DNA of 22,241 nt from a virus. Taxonomy: Duplodnaviria > Heunggongvirae > Uroviricota > Caudoviricetes. The translations under genes and the position numbers were made by a program. The stretch lies in the IMG/VR virus record IMGVR_UViG_3300044620_000288, positions 64,001-86,241 of that record; one strand, given 5' to 3'. This document shows, piece after piece, positions 16,801 to 22,241 of this stretch. Position 1 is the stretch's first letter. Every line of letters starts with the position of its first letter. The notes under the pieces were generated by a model. The model made no database searches and had not been told where the DNA came from. It saw only the letters and a list, made by a program, of their open reading frames with translations.

Positions 16801-19553
16801 ACTACCGTTCAGTATCTCCAACTAACGCAATGGTCTCTATAAGAGGAGTTGCTAGTGGAACTTGGGGAATTAATATTTCTGGTAATGCTGCTACTTCAGA
16901 TAGAGTAAATGAGGTAAGTGAAACTAATTTGAACACTGCATTTACTAACACACCAGCAGGTCAATTATCGTGGACTGAGAATTACAACCAGACAAATGCA
17001 CCAACACCAAATACATATTACAATACTATCTCTATGAGGCATAGTAATCCTAGTAATGTATATGGGAATCAGTTAGCAATTCGTTGGGTAGATTCTGAGC
17101 CAAATACCTATGTTAGAGTTGTAAATAATGGGTCTTTTGGTCCGTGGAGAACAATTTTAGCTGATTTTAATTATAATTCTTATGCTCCAACATTAACAGG
17201 CGGTGGAGCATCAGGTACTTGGGGAATTAATATTACAGGAACAGCAGGATCCGAAACTTTAAATACCGTAACAAGTAGAGGAGCTACTACATCAAATGCT
17301 GTTACAGTAGGATTATTAATAGCTCAAGGTCCCGGAGGGAACTACAATGAAAATGTTAGACTTCCGGGTTCAACTGCTGTAATATCATTTAATACAAGTG
17401 GAGCTACCGGTGCAGGTAGCTATAATATAGTTTCTCAAACTAACTTTCAAATAAGAAATGCTGTTGGTACTCAAGTGTTTGTAATGGACCAATCAGGTAA
17501 TCTTACTATGACAGGGAACATTAGTGGTAATTATATTTTGGGAACATATTTTAATGCTTCTTTAGGTAACTCTGAGAATCCTACTATTGGTCAAATATGG
17601 ACACAAAATACGACTGATAACTATTTAAGAAAATCAACGCCTGCTCATTTTAGAAGTCAAATAACAGATGGAGTGTATGTGTACACGAGAGGTCAATCAA
17701 ACTGGAATGATAGCACTGTTATTAATAATGTTGTAGGTTTATTAGCATGGAAAAACTATGGCAATGCACACGTTATATTTGATGCTTCTCAAGGAACTTC
17801 TCCAAGTGGTGGTGGTGTAAGTCAAACTAATGCTACAAATGCTTGGAGTGCTTCTTACCCAACATTAATGGGATGGAATGGTAGTCAAACATATGGAGTA
17901 AGAGTAGATAGTGCTAGAGTAGCTGATAGTGCTACACTTGCACCTGCATATTTACCATTAGCAGGTGGTACATTAACAGGACCTCTCACGATAGGTACTA
18001 CTGTGAATTCAGTGATTTGGAATGACGGTACTGGCACCTACATGGAAAATACGGGTAATAGTGCAGCAACCAGAGTTATTAGATTACAGGCTCATAATGG
18101 AAGCTTTAGTTACACTCAACTATTTGTTAATGGTGGTGGTGGATATGTAGAAGTTAATAACCAAATGCGTGCTCCAATCTACTATGACTCTCAAGATACA
18201 ACATATTATCTAGACCCTAATAGTACAGGACTTTCTCTTTCAAGTAATGGTATAGTTTCTTCAGGGGTAGGAACTTCTGGAGGATTTCAAAACAGGGTAT
18301 ATACATCAGGAAGAAATAGAATTTGGAGTTTTGGTAATGCTGATGGCTACGGTATAAGCTATTTTCAAGGTGGTCCAGATTATATTGGTTTGCACGTTTC
18401 TGGCAGTCCTACGCAAGCTGGTTCAGATTTTTGGGTAAGTTCTACTGGTATTGCTCAAGCATCAGGAAGTATGAGGGCTCCTATATTCTATGATTCTAAT
18501 GATACCTCTTACTATGTAGATCCTAATAGTGAATCTAATCTATATAGATTTACAGCAGCGTCTATGACAAGAAATGCTATTAACTATCTTAGTATTAATT
18601 CACCTTTCACTACAAGAGCAGCTCAAACAAGACCATATCAAAACGGAACAATGGGCTGGGGAACTGTTGATTTTAATGCTGTGTTTTCTAACTGGGGCTC
18701 AGGTTTTATTGATACTTGGAGTAATCCAGCAAATGCTCCCGGAGGTTCAAGTCACTATGTTGGATTTAATGCAATGCATTATAATTTTGAAAATAATTCT
18801 CAAGGATATGGATTCCAAATGGCTTGTGCTGGAGAAGCAGCAAATAGATATTTTTGGAGAAATGGATGGCCTAATTTAAATGGTTGGGTGGAAATGTACC
18901 ATACTGGTAACTTTAATCCGGGAAGCTATTTACCACTATCTGGGGGTACTATGACTGGTGCTATCACAACACCTACGGGAACTTCAATGTATATTGGCGG
19001 ACAAAATGTTACCACAAGTGCTAGACTTATTATTAACTGGCATACAGACTCAGATTATAATTATCTAATAGGTAAAAGAGCAGGATCATGGACTCAACCT
19101 ATGGATATTTCTTTCTATACAGGTTTAAGATATCATGCACACCAAGCATATAATGGTCATATATTTTACGTTACTGGTTATGATGGTACAGAAGCTTTTT
19201 CTATAGGAAAAGGTGATGCTAATGTAAGAGTTGTTAACAATATTTATGCTTCTTCTTTTTTTGAAACTTCAGACAAAAGACTTAAAGAACTTGTTCAAGA
19301 CAATTACTCTGTAGAGGGTATTCATCTTGTTAAGCCAAAACTTTATATTAAAAATGGTAAAGAAGAAGTAGGATATTATGCTCAAGATTTTCAAGAGATT
19401 CTTCCTGTTGCTATTGCTACAGAGTTGAATGGATATTTAAACCTTTCATACACTCAGGTTCACACAGTTAAGATTGCGCATCTTGAAGATTCTGTTGAAG
19501 AAATAAAAGCAAAAATTTTATATTTAGAAAATCAATTAAAACAAAAACAATGA
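13890..19553 (+). CDS. Long fibre / receptor-binding protein (1887 aa): Cys docking domain, Gly-X-Y Ser/Thr collagen-like stalk, several knob-like modules, C-terminal peptidase S74 intramolecular chaperone
   Basis: G-X-Y blocks at 14379-15404 and 15642-16163. Repeated GTWGINI(T/S)G, RAPI(Y/F)YDS.D..YY.DPNS and YLPL.GGT.TG linkers. Knob-type ends WSSWVTIL, FGPWRTIL and NGWVEMYHTGNFNP. SDKRLK is followed by a terminal coiled coil. Confidence 0.88.
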   Translation: MNVLPNILQYGSSGTSGTSGVSQASDCVDNLPVYINPVVASVEPPPSELSSSQPSFLSRLYGRAPVQETPPIIISEPLIYVAPAPIDPNNNQSFLSKLLGGDCRNTSFTNSPVICSADACPIILDATCVFYEGYNLIYTGISANDNLQTALEKIEETFANSLAGSSGTSGTSGSSGTSGSSGTAGTTGTSGTTGTSGTSGTTGTSGSSGTSGTTGTSGTTGTSGTTGTSGTSGTSATSGTSGTAGTSGTSGTTGTSGTSATDGTGGTSGTSGTDGTSGSSGSSGTSGTSGTTGTSGTTGTSGTSGTAGSSGTSGTTGTSGSSGSTGTSGTSGTTGTSGTSGSSATDGTGGTSGTSGTSATSGSSGTTGTSGSSGTAGTSATSGSSGTSGTSGTDGTGGSSGTSGTSSTSGTSGSSGTDGSEGTSGTSGTSATSGTSGSTGTSGTSGSTGTSGSSGTSGTSATDGTGGTSGTSATSGTSGTSATSGTSGTAGTTGTSGSSGLSGDRFATTSTSTYTLGAVGSSGTITVGTGLAYTVAQSIIIAYDANNHVEAEVTSYNPSTGSLSFTVFRLTGSGTYSLFQVNLDGATGGDGSSGSSGTSGTSATAGTSGTTGTSGSSGTSATSGSSGTTGTSGTGGTSGTSGTTGTSGSSGSSGSSGSSGSSGTSATSGTSGTSGTNGSGGTSGTSGSSGSSGSSGTAGTAGSPGTSGTSGSSGTGGSSGTSATSGTSGSSGTSGSSGTTGTSGTTGTSGTSGTSGATQAFSNVLTMNSGGAGDASGTTYNGSASRTLSYNTIGAAASANFKVLGANVNYDVNRSIKTSGGGLAIYSGYSTGTNRPTTYDISAQFAATNDIAFEIAADWLSGSGPTLYARSLRDCCQDWSSWVTILTSLNYNSYSPTLTGGGASGTWGINITGNAETVDGFSASQSTIANGIVVRDPSGYIFGSYINMTDDGNPGGGTSITSFITKQGDNYYRSVSPTNAMVSIRGVASGTWGINISGNAATSDRVNEVSETNLNTAFTNTPAGQLSWTENYNQTNAPTPNTYYNTISMRHSNPSNVYGNQLAIRWVDSEPNTYVRVVNNGSFGPWRTILADFNYNSYAPTLTGGGASGTWGINITGTAGSETLNTVTSRGATTSNAVTVGLLIAQGPGGNYNENVRLPGSTAVISFNTSGATGAGSYNIVSQTNFQIRNAVGTQVFVMDQSGNLTMTGNISGNYILGTYFNASLGNSENPTIGQIWTQNTTDNYLRKSTPAHFRSQITDGVYVYTRGQSNWNDSTVINNVVGLLAWKNYGNAHVIFDASQGTSPSGGGVSQTNATNAWSASYPTLMGWNGSQTYGVRVDSARVADSATLAPAYLPLAGGTLTGPLTIGTTVNSVIWNDGTGTYMENTGNSAATRVIRLQAHNGSFSYTQLFVNGGGGYVEVNNQMRAPIYYDSQDTTYYLDPNSTGLSLSSNGIVSSGVGTSGGFQNRVYTSGRNRIWSFGNADGYGISYFQGGPDYIGLHVSGSPTQAGSDFWVSSTGIAQASGSMRAPIFYDSNDTSYYVDPNSESNLYRFTAASMTRNAINYLSINSPFTTRAAQTRPYQNGTMGWGTVDFNAVFSNWGSGFIDTWSNPANAPGGSSHYVGFNAMHYNFENNSQGYGFQMACAGEAANRYFWRNGWPNLNGWVEMYHTGNFNPGSYLPLSGGTMTGAITTPTGTSMYIGGQNVTTSARLIINWHTDSDYNYLIGKRAGSWTQPMDISFYTGLRYHAHQAYNGHIFYVTGYDGTEAFSIGKGDANVRVVNNIYASSFFETSDKRLKELVQDNYSVEGIHLVKPKLYIKNGKEEVGYYAQDFQEILPVAIATELNGYLNLSYTQVHTVKIAHLEDSVEEIKAKILYLENQLKQKQ
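14379..15404 (+). repeat. Collagen-like triplet block 1 (114 in-register triplets, mainly GTS/GSS/GTT/GTA)
   Basis: Register is unbroken from Gly 14379 to Gly 15396 (1017 nt = 113 x 9). Occasional Ala or Ser sits at the Gly position. Codons are synonymously varied. Confidence 0.9.
15405..15641 (+). other. Small beta-rich globular domain interrupting the collagen-like stalk
   Basis: About 79 aa of non-repetitive sequence (TITVGTGLAYTVAQSIIIAYD...VTSYNPSTGSL...GSGTYSLFQVNLD) between the two triplet blocks. Confidence 0.7.
15642..16163 (+). repeat. Collagen-like triplet block 2 (58 triplets)
   Basis: Runs GAT-GGD-GSS...GTS-GAT and contains the single Pro of the two blocks (GSP). Confidence 0.9.
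16533..17246 (+). repeat. Dispersed direct repeats in the fibre: W.TIL...NYNSY.PTLTGGGASGTWGINITG.A at 16533-16634 and 17145-17246, with a partial copy at 16851-16889
   Basis: The two full copies are nearly identical at protein level, 612 bp apart, and clearly similar at DNA level. Confidence 0.85.
18165..18530 (+). repeat. Direct repeat MRAPI(Y/F)YDS.DT.YY.DPNS at 18165-18224 and 18471-18530
   Basis: Two 20-aa copies 306 bp apart. Confidence 0.85.
19269..19553 (+). other. Peptidase S74 intramolecular chaperone (autocleavage) domain
   Basis: S-D-x-R-x-K (Ser 19269, Lys 19284), G..AQD...ILP, L.LSY and a terminal heptad coiled coil. Confidence 0.88.
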
Positions 19554-19933
19554 AAACAATTCAACCAGTAACAGTATGGTATGGTGGACAAGAAGTTCAA
19601 GCAACCATTCTTGGTGCAATAGCACAAAATGACAACCTTGTAAACTCTGCTACTTTTCAGTATCAATTACTGCAAGAGGTTTCTCAACCGGGCAGCATAT
19701 ATGCGTACACTCAGCCTGTGGTTACAAACTATTTAACTATGACAGGAGAGGCATACGATAATTGGGGAGATAACGACTATGCGTATGATTGGATTGCTGA
19801 GCAACTTAATCTTACCATTACAGGACCTTATGTTCCTCCTACTCCTATTCCTCCTGTACCAAGTACTACTAGTACAACAACAGAAGCTCCTTCAACAACC
19901 ACCACATCTACAACCACTGTGTCTAGTAAGTAA
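19550..19933 (+). CDS. Fibre-associated small protein (127 aa) with Pro-rich linker and Thr/Ser-rich C-terminal tail
   Basis: ATGA 4-bp overlap with the fibre stop suggests translational coupling. C-terminus is PPTPIPPVPSTTSTTTEAPSTTTTSTTTVSSK. Function unknown. Confidence 0.75.
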   Translation: MKTIQPVTVWYGGQEVQATILGAIAQNDNLVNSATFQYQLLQEVSQPGSIYAYTQPVVTNYLTMTGEAYDNWGDNDYAYDWIAEQLNLTITGPYVPPTPIPPVPSTTSTTTEAPSTTTTSTTTVSSK

Positions 19934-19935
19934 CT

Positions 19936-20691
19936 ATGTCTTGGGCAAGCTTAGCAAGTAATCAGACTGTATCGTTTAACAACCTACAGAACGCTGTAAC
20001 AAATGGTTATTTTGTTGCCCTTACAGGTATTCCTGCAACTCAAGAACAAATTACTAAGTCAGATGCTTCCACATATGTTAATGTTGATACAGGGTATGCT
20101 CCCTTTGCAGGTAAGGCAAGTAACCAGCTTGTTGTAAAAAGCAATCTGAGGCCTGTAAGTTATGCCTACACCATCTATTACGAGGAAGCTTGTTACTATG
20201 ATGGATTTTATATTGAGGGAGGTGCTGCAACTGCTGACATAGCGTGTGGTAACACTCTCACCATAACACTATACAGCCCTGTTTCATCATTTGCAAATGG
20301 AATGAAGCTGTTTTATGATTCAGCTTGTTCTAATTTTTGGTATGGAGATACAGGTGGCTGTGGTCAGTATTACAAGGTGATAGTTGCAGGAACATCATAT
20401 TCATTCACTTATGCAAACTCAAGCTCTACAGTGGGTAGTTTGACTGCTTGTCCAACTCCAACATGTCAACAGATCTATCTATATCCTTTTAACGAGTATC
20501 CATGTGACCACTACTACAGCTATACATTATTTGATACTGATAATGCTCTAGCTCCTACGAGATTATGGCTTGCTTATGAATGTAATGTAACTCCTGTAGT
20601 AGGGCAACTTAAATGGTATTCTCAGGGACCGGGTGGATTTAGTTATCAGGTGAATAATGCTGGATTTATTGTAGATACAGTGTCATGTTAA
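19936..20691 (+). CDS. Cys/Tyr-rich probable virion surface protein (251 aa)
   Basis: ATG is 2 nt after the previous stop. The N-terminal segment is bracketed by ASNQTVSFNNL / ASNQLVVKSNL. Two beta-rich, Cys-ending domains are joined by a PTPT linker; 9 Cys in total. Confidence 0.72.
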   Translation: MSWASLASNQTVSFNNLQNAVTNGYFVALTGIPATQEQITKSDASTYVNVDTGYAPFAGKASNQLVVKSNLRPVSYAYTIYYEEACYYDGFYIEGGAATADIACGNTLTITLYSPVSSFANGMKLFYDSACSNFWYGDTGGCGQYYKVIVAGTSYSFTYANSSSTVGSLTACPTPTCQQIYLYPFNEYPCDHYYSYTLFDTDNALAPTRLWLAYECNVTPVVGQLKWYSQGPGGFSYQVNNAGFIVDTVSC

Positions 20692-20721
20692 AAAATATTT
20701 TTTTAATTGAATAAACTTAAC

Positions 20722-20729
20722 TATATTTG
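20722..20729 (+). promoter_or_regulatory. Bacteroidota-type -7 promoter element TATATTTG
   Basis: Matches TAnnTTTG in an AT-rich intergenic gap 21 nt before ATG 20751. The upstream TTG (20707-20709) is 12 nt away, not the canonical 19. Confidence 0.55.
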
Positions 20730-20750
20730 TAATTCTTAAACCCACAAAGT

Positions 20751-21158
20751 ATGAACTTAAAGCTACATGAGGTGATTAACCTCTTTTATGAACTAAACGG
20801 TGTTACCAAACAAGATGGAGAAATGGTAAGCCAAGGTCTTTTGAAACAGAAAATGTCCCTCAAAGTGAAGGTGTACCTACAGCGTTTGAACAATGCTATA
20901 GGTGAAGACATTAAAATCTATGAGGAAGCTAGAAAGGAGCTGTTTAAAAAATATGGTGAAGAGGGAGAGGGTGGAAACATCAGCATTTCTAATGACAACA
21001 TTGCTGCTTTTAACAAAGATCATGTTGATCTTCTAGAAGCAGACAAAGCTATCGATGTTGCTACATTATGGGGAGCTGATTTAACATTAGATAGCTTCTC
21101 TAACATTGAGACTGAAGAGTTCTATCCATTGGTGTTCAAACTTGTAGACGGAAAGTAA
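20751..21158 (+). CDS. Small helical acidic phage protein (135 aa), possibly DUF1617-like
   Basis: Clean ATG-TAA ORF. K..L.RL.......YEEARKELFKKYGE..E.G resembles small phage proteins often found after fibre genes. The family call is tentative. Confidence 0.7.
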   Translation: MNLKLHEVINLFYELNGVTKQDGEMVSQGLLKQKMSLKVKVYLQRLNNAIGEDIKIYEEARKELFKKYGEEGEGGNISISNDNIAAFNKDHVDLLEADKAIDVATLWGADLTLDSFSNIETEEFYPLVFKLVDGK

Positions 21159-21171
21159 TATATACACGTTC

Positions 21172-22241
21172 TTATAAAAGGGCTAGCAGTGGTACCACCA
21201 CGTCGCTAGCCTTTATTTTTTTGTGGCATTCCCATTGTCTGTCTGTGCCCTTATGCTCAGGACACCAGTCCCAATCTCCTGCATCAAATCTGTATTCAGC
21301 TTTGTTCCAGCATCCATGACATACATTTGTATTAGTGATTCTGATACAGCTAAACTCATGATCTGCATCTGTGAAGTTGGATATCATTACCACCTTCTTA
21401 TCCATAGCCCACGCTAACCAGCTGAGTCCACTGGACAATCCAATGAATAGGTGACTGTGATGGATTACATTCATAGTGTTCTCCATGGATGTGTCTTCTA
21501 TCTGTATACAGTTGTCAAAAGGATTCTTCTCCTTAGACACATTGATCACCTGATATCCTTTCTCATGTATATAGTTTATCACAAGTTGCCATTCTTCCTT
21601 CTGCCAGAACTTACAGCCAGCTGTAGAGTTGGTGGCTATCGTAACATATTTACCATATAAATTGTTACCAGGAGTGAATGCAATTCTAGGTTTAAGTTCT
21701 TGATAATCAAGACCTAAGATGTTGGTAGCTGCCTCTTGAAGCTTTACAGTGTTACACAAAGCTGGTTCCTTGTCTGGATTGTAAAACCAACCAATGCTGT
21801 ACATCCCAAGGATGCCCTCAGCCTTCTGACCAGGATTGATAAACTCAAGCTCTGGATAGACATCCTCAAAGAGGAAGTTCTTAAACGTGCTCACTATTAC
21901 ATGGCAATTGTGCTTCTTCTTAAACTCTAGCACATAAGGCATCCATGCTATTGTATCTCCTAATGACTTACTGTCAAACGCTATGTATACACGCTTACCT
22001 GCGTAGTCTAGAGTGTATTCATAATAGGGCTCATCATCTTTCCATATCTTAATGGTCCACTTAGTGTACCACCTCCTATTTAGCTTAATCCAATTCTGCG
22101 CACCTATTGTATTTCTGTAATGACACACACCTTCCTCATCGATGTATTCCACTCTAAACTTACTCTTAGACCTTCCCTTGATTTCAAGGAACGGTTCTAA
22201 CACAAAGTTGTGATCAATTGTCACATGTTCGTTAGATTGTA
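21172..22241 (-). CDS. TibC/AAH-like (autotransporter O-heptosyltransferase family, GT-B/GT9-related) glycosyltransferase; probably 5'-partial
   Basis: Motifs: RVYIAFDSKSLGDTIAW (Asp at 21955-21957), STAGCKFW, FIGLSSGLSWLAWA..KKVVMISNFT...EF, and CHGCWN...WCP...ECHK with Cys spacing 3/16/12. The frame stays open upstream of the GTG at 22224 to the window edge (..QSNEHVTIDH..), so the real start probably lies outside the window. Confidence 0.82.
   Translation of the reverse strand, partial: QSNEHVTIDHNFVLEPFLEIKGRSKSKFRVEYIDEEGVCHYRNTIGAQNWIKLNRRWYTKWTIKIWKDDEPYYEYTLDYAGKRVYIAFDSKSLGDTIAWMPYVLEFKKKHNCHVIVSTFKNFLFEDVYPELEFINPGQKAEGILGMYSIGWFYNPDKEPALCNTVKLQEAATNILGLDYQELKPRIAFTPGNNLYGKYVTIATNSTAGCKFWQKEEWQLVINYIHEKGYQVINVSKEKNPFDNCIQIEDTSMENTMNVIHHSHLFIGLSSGLSWLAWAMDKKVVMISNFTDADHEFSCIRITNTNVCHGCWNKAEYRFDAGDWDWCPEHKGTDRQWECHKKIKASDVVVPLLALL
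21178..21222 (+). terminator. Intrinsic terminator for plus-strand transcripts, possibly bidirectional; overlaps the 3' end of the minus-strand glycosyltransferase CDS
   Basis: Stem aagggctagc (21178-21187) pairs with gctagccttt (21205-21214), including one G-U. Inner stem gtggt/accac with an acc loop. T-rich tract tttattttttt at 21212-21222. Confidence 0.7.

Larger units (their letters stand above)
1..22241. mobile_element. Segment of a crAss-like dsDNA phage genome (virion RNAP/cargo module, fibre module, glycosyltransferase); Bacteroidota host inferred
   Basis: Contains a giant DFDID-type RNAP, fibre proteins with an S74 chaperone and tightly packed genes with no cellular housekeeping genes. 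TAnnTTTG promoter boxes are present. Starts lack Shine-Dalgarno motifs and have A at -3 in 5 of 6 visible plus-strand starts, as is typical of Bacteroidota. I cannot tell virion DNA from a prophage within this window. Confidence 0.88.

Noticed and set aside
16533-19553. Diversity-generating retroelement or shufflon acting on the fibre
   Set aside because: The repeats are all in-frame within one CDS, are direct rather than inverted, and differ at synonymous sites of all bases rather than only adenines. No reverse transcriptase or recombinase is in the window.
20688-20706. Near-palindrome TTAAAAAATATTTTTTTAA upstream of the second promoter box
   Set aside because: It consists only of A/T runs, is imperfect and occurs once, which is easily produced by chance in AT-rich intergenic DNA.
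21223-21930. Plus-strand ORFs at 21223-21417, 21451-21660 and 21736-21930
   Set aside because: They are antisense to the well-supported glycosyltransferase, lie downstream of a terminator and show no motifs.
1-22241. Stop-codon reassignment (TAG or TGA), common in some crAss-like phages
   Set aside because: All genes read full-length in code 11 with no in-frame TAG/TGA over thousands of codons, and TGA ends the fibre exactly after the S74 coiled coil. TAG is not used as a stop by the main genes here, but that alone is not evidence of recoding.

Overview
A segment of a crAss-like (Crassvirales-related) phage genome infecting a Bacteroidota host. It is almost fully coding. It carries a giant virion-packaged, single-chain, double-psi-barrel RNA polymerase (5'-truncated by the window, DFDID motif) with a degenerate zincin domain near the N-terminus and a NADAR domain at the C-terminus. 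A second giant ejected/cargo-like protein follows (degenerate zincin, PD-(D/E)XK nuclease, C-terminal hydrophobic helix). Next is a fibre module behind a Bacteroidota sigma70-type promoter: a short fibre-like protein, a 1887-aa fibre with about 172 essentially proline-free Gly-Thr/Ser-Ser collagen-like triplets, knob modules and a peptidase S74 chaperone, then a protein with a Thr-rich tail, a Cys-rich protein and a small helical protein. Converging on these from the minus strand is a TibC/AAH-like protein O-glycosyltransferase with a four-Cys iron finger, whose frame is open to the window edge. The best candidate for an undescribed system is phage-encoded O-glycosylation of Ser/Thr collagen-like fibres. 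Two further leads are the NADAR carried on the ejected RNAP, and the fact that the only cysteines I can find in the two giant proteins sit at their adjoining termini. All family assignments come from recognising motifs by eye; no database searches were run.
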